Shown here piece by piece: positions 12,617 through 24,003 of a stretch of DNA of 64,000 bases (positions are counted from its first letter, which is position 1; every line of letters starts with the position of its first letter). The position numbers were made by a program, and so were the translations under genes. Origin of the DNA: Calcarisporiella thermophila CBS 279.70 (Eukaryota; Fungi; Calcarisporiellomycota); the NCBI RefSeq assembly GCF_041956535.1, contig NW_027192191.1, positions 193,702 through 257,701 of the forward strand, written 5' to 3'. The notes under the pieces are model-generated. The model did not search any database. It was not told the origin of the DNA and worked only from the letters and a program-made list of their open reading frames with translations.

Positions 12617-13801
12617 TCAAGGAGCTTTGGTAGGGTCCCATCTACACACATAAAGAGGTTCGTGTTAAGGAGAAGGTGGCCATTTCCGATTTCATCAAGC
12701 ATCGATCACCTACCCAGTGATGAAATACTCGTCCCACGTAGCCATCTCTCGGACATCCTCGGCCGACAGCTCAAAGTCAAAGACGGACGCATTCTCCACA
12801 ATACGACTCTGCTTGGTGCTCTTAGGAATACACACGTAGCCGCACTGCAGCGACCAGCGAATCAGAATCTGACCAGGGGTCTTGTTGTACTTTTTGGCCA
12901 AAGCCTGCAACCGCGGGTCGCCCATCTTGTGCGCTTTGGCGAGGGGAGAGTAGGCCTCCACGACAATGTTGTTGGCCTTGCAGAACTCCACAAGCTCGGT
13001 GCGCGTCAGCCACGGATGCACTTCCTGTTTGGAGAAGAGGATGCATCAGCGGGAGCTTCACGGGAACAAGAAGAGGAAACACCAGAAAATAAGCCCACCA
13101 GCTGGTTGACTGCGGGAACAAACTCCGGGTTCGTGGCCATGAGTTCCTTGAGATGGTGCACACCGTAGTTGGAGACTCCGATGTTCTTCACTATGCCCCG
13201 TTTCTTAAGTTCCTGGAGGGCGCGCCAGCTATCAAGACGCTTGTGTTGCTTGTTGGGAGAGTGGATAAGGTACAAATCAATGTAGTCAAGACCAAGCTTC
13301 TTGAGAGATTTTTCACAGGCGGCAATAGCCGACTCATAGCCTTGATCAGCATCCTACGGGGTAAAGGGTGGCTATTAAGTCATCGGCTGAAGAATAGAAT
13401 AGGACACCGGGGGGGGGGGGGAGATACCAACCCACAGTTTGGTGGTCACGTAGATGTCCTTCCTCGGGATACCACTGAAAGCATTCCGTGTCAGTGAACA
13501 GCTCATAGAAAAACCCAATGCATTGGTGTTACCTCTTCTTGATGGCACGCCCCACATCCGCTTCATTTTGGTAAATAGCAGCCGTGTCTATGTGTCTATA
13601 GCCAGCCTATGGGGGCGGGCAAGTCAATGTATCAGCCATAGGAGAGGAATCCCGTGAGGTTACAATTCTTCTGCCGCATACCTGGAGAGCCCACAGCACC
13701 GCTTGCTCGGCCTCCTCCCCAGGAGCAGACTGGTACACGCCCAAACCAAACTGGGGAATGAAGCTTCCGTCATTCAGCGGGATATTCGTGTGGAGATTCA
13801 T
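12617..13801 (-). CDS. Aldo-keto reductase
   Basis: IPQFGLGVYQ, GYRHIDTAAIYQNEADVG, IYVTTKLW, DLYLIHSP, IGVSNY, PAVNQ, EAYSPLA and IPKS motifs; last exon WDPTKAP-stop at 12617. Confidence 0.95.
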
Positions 13802-14360
13802 GGTGTCCTAATGCTCTTGGCTTCTCGGAGATAGGCTCGATACACACCTGTAGGGCGAACGCTCGGATGCGAAGGAAGACCTGGCTCGTATACGCGCCCG
13901 GAAAACTGCTTTTCTTGCGCAAGGTTTCAGAAAGGAGCGCGGGCGAGGCCAGCTCATGCTGACGTAGGGCCGGGGTGACTAACATTGGGTGGCTGATGAG
14001 CCAAGGCGAACGGGGCAAATCCGGGAAGCGTAGGACATAGGCCCAGAGCAATTGAAGTGAAACATGCTCGCATGAGGATCCAGACGCACCATTTATTTCC
14101 GGCCGTCCAGGTTGGAAGGGCTGCATTCCTAAAAGAGCCGCCGCACCACCAGTCGACCGGCCCGCGCCTGATCCACCGCCTCTTCCGGATTTTGTAGGCC
14201 TCGCGCGGCCTTGCGCTTCATGCATTGCTAAATCGATCGGGCTCGGAGTCCGTAATTGGTGCGTTCCCAAATACCAGAAAGAACCTGATAATTTTGTCTA
14301 TATTTACTCCATCCGGTGCAAGCGTGCGCTTCTTTTTCCCGAGTTTCGTTTCAAGCTCGA

Positions 14361-16353
14361 ATGTTCAGGGAATCAAGCTCCTGGGACGACATCCACAGCT
14401 ATGCCGCAAAGGGTATCTATTCTGATGCTGCGCCCACACACACCCCCCCGCCTTCGTCTGACTGACCCCTCTTTGCTTCTAGGTGGCCTAGGCACATGCA
14501 TTGGGAAGCTACACGTTCTTGCAGAAAAGGATGATGACCTGATGTTCCTTCAAGGTAAGCACACCGACCAGCCCTCCCCCTCCCAGCTCAGCCCCATTGA
14601 CCATAATGTCCTCCCCCATCCCCCTTTGTGCTCAGGTGACCGCATTATAATCTTTAAGCACATCAAGGATGACATCTTCTTGGTATGCTCTCTTCCCTGA
14701 CCATGATGGTTGCTACTCCACTAACGTCATTTTCAATGTGAATGACAGGGCTATTGTGAGGGTGTTCTGGGATTCTTTTCAGGGACCAATGTCGAATTTC
14801 TCGAACTGGACCCCTCGGTACTAGACGCACTACGCCCCATTGATAGACGAGGATCACTGAAAATACAAAAGAATGTAGCATCAAGGAACAGCAGCTCTCG
14901 ACAATCAAAAGCATCCATTTCCTCTACCCCGCCAACCCCAATCTCCTCAACCAGATCTTCCAAGTGCTCCTCCTATGGCATTTCCGCCCGAACCCCTTCC
15001 CGAGTCAAGCCTCATCCCCGCCCGACATCCCCCCCCACCCCGCCGCCCTCCACCTCTAGCCGCCAGAGCACCGATTCAACCATGGGCGAGAGAATCACAT
15101 TCGAGGAGTTCATTCTCTCGCCGCATTGTGCTGATGTGGAGGTGTCGTCCATCAAATCCTTCGGACCCTTTCCCAGCTCCAACATCAACAAAATCGACGA
15201 GCCGCTCCCCGCAAGGGCAGCCGCTCAAGAGGCGAGTGACAAGCTCGACGGCAACGGCTCCCTTCGGCACATGGACTCATCCAGCACACTGAACTCCACC
15301 AAGTCGGCAGTAACTTTTAAAACTAACTCCGGCAAGTTGGCATCTGAAATCCCAAGACGGGGAAAAAGATCGCGTTCATTTGGAGCCCTCTCAAGCGCTA
15401 CCAACCTCCTCCTAGGCACGCTCCTGCAGGGCAACATCGCGGGCTCGAAGCAGCTCAAGAAGCCACCGCCCCTCCCGGGAGCTTCGCATTCTGCCCCTAA
15501 GCCGGACTCGCCTGCTAATAAACGGTCGGCCAAACCACCCGTCAGCGCTCGAGCATTTCCAAGACCCACCGACCCCTCATCCCAGTCGGCGCACAGCCAT
15601 GTATGGAGCATCCTTGCTCATGCTCCCCCCCTCTCTCAGGGGGTGCGAGCCCTGGACAGAGTGTGGAGAGGCGGGCGCCTCGAGAGTTACGATGCGATTG
15701 AGCGGTGCCTGTGCGTCTTCCAACACCTACACACGGAAGCGCTGGACGAGCAGAAACTCGAAAAGGTGCTAAAGGCCCTGGCCCATCAGGACCCATCGCT
15801 TTTGCCCAACTTGGCCCTTGCCCATCTAGCCGCCATGATGCTGGAACGAATGCCTGCCGAAGAGGCCTACTGTCTGCTGGTGGCCACGGTTGGGCGCCAT
15901 CTCTCTCCTTACCATCACGCCTCTTCCCAGCCGGTAGTGGATGTGGCCGTGTTTGAGTATCTCTTATCGCGAAGACACCCAAGACTTCTCTCCCATCTTA
16001 CCCAGAACCGCGCCTCTCCCACCGCCTTCCTGCCGCTATGGTTTGGGAGCGCCTTTGCCGGCGTGCTACCTCGCAATTGCGTCACGCAAATATGGGATCG
16101 GATGTATATGGAGGACGAGCATGGGGAGGCGGGCGTGCGCCGTCTGCTTCATCGAGTTGGACTGGCAATGCTAGAATTGTTGGCCCCGCAACTGATCTGC
16201 ATGACGAAGCAGGAGATGCTGATGAGATGGCTCATGGGCCCTCTCCCCGAGGATGCCATTCTTCCATTGGATCTATCCAAGCAGATGAGAAGCATCAAGA
16301 TTGGCATGAAAGAACTCAAGAAGCTGGAGGCGAAGATGAGCGAAGGCATTTGA
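14361..16353 (+). CDS. SH3-like N-terminal domain plus Rab-GAP TBC-domain protein (catalytic fingers degenerate)
   Basis: Spliced N-terminus MFRESSSWDDIHSYAAKGGLGTCIGKLHVLAEKDDDLMFLQGDRIIIFKHIKDDIFLGYCEGVLGFF, then a Ser/Pro-rich linker and TBC-like helices (HSHVWSIL, EEAYCLL, HPRLLSHL, WFGSAF, QIWD, LHRVGLAML). Confidence 0.85.
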
Positions 16354-17266
16354 TTTATTTTTTGTTCCATTTAATTTATTGTTTCATAACCGATGTTTAT
16401 GCATGTAATTTCTCTCTCTCTCTCTCTCTCTCTTACTATCTATCTACCTATTCTTTCAATCACCCTTCTCTAATTTATTGTTCCCCTCTTGGCTCATTGT
16501 TAATTTTTTCTGTATGTTTGGAATTCTCTTTTCATGTTAAATAGTCGCCATAATACTATGCTACATACAATTTTGCTCTATAAATTTGATGATCTGTTTT
16601 TTCAGCATTTTCTCTGTTTGCTAATGCTCAAGAATATAGGATAAGAAGATGGATACAATCAGTAGTTAGCATCGGATCCTATGGATAGCTGTGAAAAGCA
16701 CGCCGGCCCATCTCAAGATTCTCTGATTGAAATAATCGGGTGCACAGTCCTCGGCTTGCAGTCGCAAATATGAATAGTCACCGATGCTAGAGCCTCCTCG
16801 GCCCACTTGGATCCGTTTTCCCACTAAGGCCGGCTAGGCTCTGTGCTCGTGTCGGTTTGCGATGCCGGGTGCAGCGGCCTGCAAGGGTAAACACGCTGGC
16901 ATATGAAATTTCTCCAGCATCAAACTTAAAAATTTTAATCTAATCCCGGGTTGGCAATTTGGATTGACGAGGGAGAATTGACGGGGTTGGCTCTAGAAGG
17001 CGGCCGTTGGAGGCCAGATGCGTGGGCAAAGAAGGCAAGGCCGCGCCGAGCAGTTTGTACAATCCTCCTTTTCCCAGAGAAAGCGCAAGCCTCTCTATGG
17101 TGTCGGCCGGGCCTTGACGTTGTTTATTGCTGAATAAACTATTATACTCTACTTTATCCGGCCAACGGCCAATTCACACTCAGCAGCCGATATATTATCG
17201 TGAAGAGAGGTCGAATAGAATCGAAATAAAAGTTTGCCTTCGCCATAAGACAATTCTCAAGTCGGC

Positions 17267-19984
17267 ATGGAGTCATCTCTGAATAATATCTTGGTAATTT
17301 TGTGTGCTGTCTCCACCATTGCCTTGGTTGCTGGAAGAACGCGCTCAAAGCGGCCTTCAAAGGACAACCAACCACCAGTGCTTGCCGTGGAGGAGAATGT
17401 CTATCGACTCTCCAGCAGCAAAGATAAGCTCGTGGATCGCCCTGTGATTCCAAGGCTGAATGACAATGAACTCACGCTGCTGAATATGTTCCACTACAAC
17501 ACAAAGACATACGCCAACCGACCCTGCTTGGGATGGAGAGATATCACTAATGTAATTGTGCAAAGAATTCGCTACTACCCCCACGAGCCTCAACTCTATC
17601 TTTTCTACTCTACTAGATCCATACGGTGAGGCGTGACGGGAAAAACTTACAGCTGTACGAATTGACTGATTATCGGTGGATGACCTTTGGCGAGATGGGA
17701 AATTACGTGACTCGGATCGGCAATGCCCTGCTCCGCCTCGGCATTCGCCCCGGAGAGAAGATTCTATTCTATTCGAAGACAAGGTAATCTCTCCAGAAAT
17801 GGCTGGCTATTTTTTTTTGCCACGCTTGCTAACAAGGTCTGGATTTCGTTTGTCATCTCGATGTTAGTTATGAGTGGCAACTAATGGCCCAGGGTACGCA
17901 CTTTTTGTTTTCTATTAACACTTCTCATTCATCCAATTAAGTAATCCCCTCTCTTCTTAGCCTGCTTTTGTCAGAATATCGTCGTCGCAACCGCCTATGA
18001 CAGCATGGACTGTGCCTCCGTCGAGCATATCCTGAAGCAAACGAAGGCAGTCGCTATCTTCACTGACGTGGGTCTCCTCAAAACCACCAACCAAATACTG
18101 CAAAAGCGCCCTGCTCTACGTGCCGTTATTTATAGCGGGTATGAGGTGGAGGATCCTTCGGGGCTGAAGGAGTTGAAAGAGGAGGCGCACGGGTCATACG
18201 AAGTTGTAAGTGTGGAGGAGCTGCGGAAGGAAGACGTGGACGAGCACGAGGCTGCAAGGGCCCCGACGCCCCAAGACATCGCCTGCATTATGTATACGTG
18301 AGTGTCTCATTCGATCCCGCTGCTCCTTCAAAAAATATGACTAATCACTCGGCACCATGTTGCTTCTCTCTCTCCCTCTTTCTGCCCGTCCCATTTCCAG
18401 CTCTGGTAAGTACCTACGTGCTCTCTATTAGATGGACTCCCTAGCATTCTACAGTGCTAACCAAACTCTTGCCCCCACCCTTCTCAGGAACTTCGGGTTT
18501 CCCCAAGGGCGTCGTCATCACCCATGCCAATCTCGTGGCCTCAATCGCCAGCACTGAGAGGGCGGTCTCGAACTTCCTCTGCCCCGAAGAGCTCTACATC
18601 GCCTTCCTTCCCCTGGCCCATATTCTCGAGATGGTGATTGAGAATGTGGTGCTCTTCTTAGGCATGCCCATGGGGTATGGTCGCGTCCGCACCGTCCTTC
18701 CCGATGCCGTTTGCGGTCCTGGAGGAAAGGGTGCCGGCCTGGGCGACTTAGCTGCTCTGAAGCCCACCGTGATGGCCGGGGTGCCGATGGTGTGGGAGCG
18801 TATCCGTAAGGGAATGCACACCAAGGTGGCTCAGAAGGGAGCCCTGGTGGAGAGCATCTTCAACGCGAGCATTTGGCTCATGTGGCACTCGCTCACCACA
18901 TTTGGCCCGAATCCTTTGGCATCTCTCCTGAATAAAACCGTGTTTGCTCTTGGCCGCAAAATCACCGGCGGGCGCCTGAGGATTGGGATCTGCGGGGGGG
19001 CGGCGGTGTCGGACGATACCGTGAAATTCATCAGTTCCACGCTTTGCATCCTTCTGCAGGGCTATGGGTAAGTTGGCGCACCCTTTCCAAAGATTCCTCG
19101 GGCGAACACTAACGTAAACCTCCCCCGCTCCTTTTTTTGCTCTCTTCATCCCGTTCTACCTCCCCAGCATGACTGAAATTTCCGGAGTCGCCAGCGTTGT
19201 AACCCCCGATCTTGGGTATCGCACCGGGACGGTTGGGCTTCCGTTCCCTGGCTTGGATTTCCGTTTGATCGATGTTCCTGACGCCGGGTACTATGCCTCG
19301 GAAAACTGCGGTGAGCTTTGGCTACGCGGCCCCTCCGTGACCTCCCAGTACTACGAGAATGAGGCGGAGAATAAGTCGGCGTTCGCAGAGGGGGGATGGT
19401 TCAAAACGGGGGACGTGATCCGGTTCAATGAGGATGGTAATGGATGCTGGGGTTGGATTGGCAAATAAACTGACCAAGCGGAGGCTCACCTATTTTTTTC
19501 TTTTTTCCATTGCTAGGCACGATGTCCATCATCGACCGCATCCGAAACCTGGTGAAGCTTCAGAATGGCGAGTACCTTGCGGTCGAGAAGCTCGAGGCGA
19601 TGTACCGGGACTCAGGGTCCCTGAAAAACATTTGCATTATCGCAGATAGCAGTCGCGAATACTTGGTCGCGGTGGTGGAGCCTGCCGACGACAATGTAAA
19701 TCCTGGTCTTTTGAGCCGTGGGCTTGAGCTCTTCGTAATTGACCTTTTTTGCTCTCCTCTCTCTCTATTTACAGGTCACAACGGATGAAATACTCTCCTC
19801 CCTCCGCGCCATTGCCGCCAAAAACGCGCTGTCCAAGATTGAAACCGTTCGAGGAGTGTATGTGTCGCGCGGCGAGGAGTGGATGACGAACGGATACCTC
19901 ACGACCACCGGAAAGTTGAAACGGAAGGTTATCTATGAGCGTTTGCGACACGAGATCGAGGACGTGTATCGAAAGTCAAGATAA
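17267..19984 (+). CDS. Long-chain fatty acyl-CoA synthetase (Faa1/Faa4-like)
   Basis: AMP-binding motif IMYTSGTSGFPKGV (split across a 5-nt micro-exon), FLPLAHILE, QGYGMTE, GWFKTGD and IIDRIRNLVKLQNGEYLAVEKLE; hydrophobic N-terminal anchor. Confidence 0.95.
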
Positions 19985-20388
19985 GCTCCCCCCCATCCCA
20001 AAAATGGCCGTGAGATGGCCACTGAACAGCAGCACAGAAGTGTACATTTTATTTTTTTTCTGCATGTTAATCTCTAATACTCATTAAATACGATTATTTA
20101 TCAAGCACCAAGGGCGATATGCCCTCCCTCTCTCCTCTCTCTCGCTCAAGTAACCCTGACAAATAGGGAGGGTAGGCTGTCATTACCCAGTGCTCCTTTT
20201 CTATGCTTTCCCCCTCACATCAAGCACGCTCTTTGAGCGGTGCACCCTTTACATCATTAATCACCCATAGCAATTTTATGAGAGGCGAAAAAAAAGGAAA
20301 TGAAATACAAAACAAAAAAAGCTGTCCATAAACATTAAAAGAAATATATAATAAAATATTCAACCCGGCTATATGTTCTGCTTTTTAT

Positions 20389-22249
20389 TTAGAGCGTCAT
20401 CATGCCTGCAATGTCGGCCATGGAGCCCTCCTTTACAATGATCTCAAAGTACTGGAAGATGATGGTGACGGCCAGAAGAATACCTGTGCCCGACCCAATG
20501 GCCCCAAACAGATCCGCCGTCACGGACAGCACCCCAATGCAGGCTCCACCAAACGCGGCCGCCACCGGGATGACGCGCTTCAGCTCCTTGTACATGGAGG
20601 TGTCGCGGTATCCCACAATCACCATCTGCTGATCCTTCAGTTGCTTGGCGACATCGCGAGGCGATGAGCCAGAGACTTCGATCCAGGCCTTGGAGAAGAG
20701 GGCGCACGCGGTAATCATGAAGATAATGTACACCAAGGTATGGATGGGGTCGAAAATTGCAGCTTTGAGGCTATGAGGCGCGGCAAGATAATACACCAGT
20801 CCGCCACTGGCATAGAGCTGCGATGAGCCCTCCATAGGCTACAAAGGTCCAAGTGAAGAGTTAGAGATTCCACGATATGGATATTAAGAGGGAACACAAA
20901 AGGAATAAAAAAATCGGGTGCCTTACCGTCCACACGCCGAGCAATCGAATCAAGAGATTCTTAGGGAAGCGATTGTAGAGCATTTGCGAGATCAAAAACA
21001 CGTTCGAGGTGAGGGCCGACTGAAGCATAATGGGCATGTTGGAGGTGTAGAAGAGCTTGATAGGGTAGGATCCACGCTGGCCACGAAGGCGGTTTGACTT
21101 GACGGGGAGCTCCACGCGGAAACCTTGCAGATAGATCACCAGGCCGAACACCACCACGGTTGCAAACAGATTCATCACATTTGGCAGGTGGGGTCGGTAG
21201 AACGCGTCCTTGAGGGCGCGGATCTTGTCGCGACGAGTGAAGAGCAGATGGAATAGGTTGACCAGGGCGCCCTCAAACTCGGGACCGCGGCCAGTGTTGA
21301 AGGTAGAGGGAGAGAACGCTTTCCATACGATGGTTTCGCAGACGTTGGTCGCGATGAAGAGCGAGATGCCAGAGCCAAGACCGTACCCCTTTTGCAGCAA
21401 TTCATCAAGCAGGATCACAATCAATCCGGCGGCAACGAGTTGGAGGATCAGGAGAAGGCAAACACCGGCGCCAATTTCAGAAGGGCTACCGTACAATCCG
21501 CTCAAAACCGACACGGTGGCCTGTCCGAATGCAATCAGCAGGGCGAAGAATTTCTGGGCTCCGCTGAAAAGCGCGCGATCCTCCTTGAGACTATAGTCAA
21601 CCTCGATGATGTTGGCGCCCGCGAGGAGTTGCATGATCATACCGGAGGTGACGATGGGAGAGATGCCGAGTTCCATTAATGTGCCACGGTTAGACGCGAG
21701 GATGACTGGAAAAAGAGAATATCGAATTAGATGGGCCACACAAGCAACGGGAGGTAGGGTAGACTATATACCGCGCAGCCAGAGAAGCGGATCAGAGGAA
21801 TCAGAAGACATAATTCCGTAGAGGGGTACTTGGGAGCACACGAGGAAAATGAGGAGGGTGGCAGCCGTCCAAAGAATCTTTTGCTGGAATGGAACCTACA
21901 AGCCACGGACATTAAAAACACTGAAACGCGTTCCCGATGGGCTCGCCTGAATACGGGGCTACATACCTTGCGGTCAGGTGCCGCAATCTCGGGCAAAAGA
22001 AACATGAAAGGCCGCATAAGATGAAGAACACGTACTAAAATGGGGAAAGCGGGCGTTAATATTAGACGATGATGCAAAAGAATGCTATGGCTGGGCATCA
22101 AAGATCCAGCCACGGGTACAAAAGCACATCAGGAAGTGTAGCACGCTGCAACCGCCGTTTTCGATTAAACATGGAGCCAAGGGAAGGCCATCCCGCTTAA
22201 CCACGGCCCCATTTACACATTCCATGTACTGCCATTACTTACACCCCAT
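20389..22249 (-). CDS. SEC61: Protein translocon subunit Sec61 alpha
   Basis: First exon ATGGGGT at 22249-22243, then [23 protein letters not shown]; [44 protein letters not shown] and [17 protein letters not shown]. Confidence 0.98.
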
Positions 22250-22568
22250 GTCTGAAAACTGATGAACCCGCGCGTCGAAAAAGGGAGAGGGAGTGAGAGA
22301 TTCAAAGACGAATGAGGGTTGGCAAAGCCGGAGAGCAAGAACAACAAAAAGAGAAATAAAATGGAGATGAAAAAAAAAAACTACCGACGTTTTGTTGTCG
22401 AAGTACTTCGGCCCAATTGAAAGTTTACACCTCGAGGTTAGACATTTAGACAAGCCACTGGAGCACGAGATCAAACTCTTTGGAGGCGAAGAATGGAAGT
22501 TTGGCGAGTTTGTTCAAGTGAAATCATATTATTCATAATATACATATAAAGCAGGGCGGGGAAACTAG

Positions 22569-23420
22569 TTACAACTTTTTCCGGAATGCAATAGTGCAAA
22601 TGGTCTTGCCTGGGGCCCCTTTTAAGCTTGAATGAACGTGTGAATGATACTCTAGCTCTGGTAGCATGTAAGAGGGTTAGGATAAAGTCTCAATCCATGA
22701 GCAGAAGAGCTACATGCATTACCGTTGGCGAAATGTTTTTTCAGTTCGTCGACACTCCAATTGCAGCTTGTGATAAGCAGAACACCGCTATCCTCCAGGA
22801 GCTCGCCCACGCGATGAGAGTACTGCCTTGCAAGTCCATTGCCAGTGCTCGATACGCTCTCTGAGTTCAATGAGATAGTATCGTAGGTCCCTTTGTCTAT
22901 GATTAATCCAAAGCTTCCCTCCAATTCATCCCGCATAAAGTCGATCCTACGATACGCTATCACACCATCGAGGCCACGCTCGCGTGCAATGGCCGACGCG
23001 AGATCGATCGCGTGTTGGCTGTAGTCTACGCCGAGTAGGGAGGTAAACGCCATGGTCGCAAGTTCGAGCAGAAGATGGCCATTGCCACAGCCAACCTCGA
23101 GGATGTTCGTACCATGGTCGGTGATATTACTATTAATCCACTCGAAAATCTTCTCTTCACTTTCTGCACCAAACCAGACCTCACCAACTTGCCCAAACTC
23201 GTTGAAATAGGTCATCTCTCGCAGATAGGCATCATCCCAGCTAAATTGGAAAATATAAATAAATCATAATCTGGCCACCCTCTCTAGGAATCTACAAATG
23301 TGGCAATTGTAATTACTATTTCCGTTTGCCGAGGTCGGGAGAATTCAGCTCGGCAAGCTGAACAGATACTTTGTCATTTTCCTTTTGTGACCATTCTGAT
23401 TTCTGCTCCGCCTTCTTCAT
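22569..23420 (-). CDS. EFM4: eEF1A lysine methyltransferase (Efm4/See1/METTL10 type)
   Basis: Spliced ELNSPDLGKRKYWDDAYLREMTYFNEFGQVGEVWFG; SAM motif ILEVGCGNG; DKGTYDTISL and LLITSCNWS; ends TICTIAFRKKL. Confidence 0.92.
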
Positions 23421-24003
23421 ATCTTTTTTTTCTCGATGGATTCCCTATTAACCAGGAATTGCTCATGGTATTAATTTCGGATTGAATATTCATCACGAAA
23501 ATTCACGTGGAATAAGCCCTCTAAGGCATCTTGAGATAAGCAAGTCATAATCCGGTTTGTGGACGACATAACAAAAGCTAAACTAAACTTCCCAAAAAAA
23601 TAAAATAAGTGTGGTCCAGGTAGAGGTGCGTGCAACACTTACGCATATTATCAATTATTGAGATCGGTCGATAGGATAAATTCAGGTTGAGTCTTTGGAT
23701 TGTACAGGCGTTGAAAGACCGAAAAAGTTGATATTTTATACAATGAGGCTTTTGTTGAGATACAAGGAAGAGGGGTTCATAAGGTAAATTCACCCTTTGA
23801 TTAATGAAACTAGAGGGATGCTCCTATATACCGCGAGCTATAGATCTTAAAACGCGTCTTCAATTTTGCCTCTTCAATTTTGGCAGGACTTTTAAATTAG
23901 GTCGCACAGTATCAAAAACCACTCGTTAAAATGAAAGACGCGAAACGCTCTATCTAGCTCTTCTTGTTTTTGTGATTTCTGTTTTCCATTATTCGATTTG
24001 ACT

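Noticed and set aside
20224-20243. Hairpin GCACGCTCTTTGAGCGGTGC between the convergent acyl-CoA synthetase and SEC61 3' ends, loosely like a histone stem-loop
   Set aside because: Loop and stem do not fit the histone consensus and no histone gene is adjacent.
22569-22580. EFM4 C-terminal KKL as a peroxisomal PTS1
   Set aside because: Weak non-canonical variant; basic C-termini are normal for this cytosolic family.
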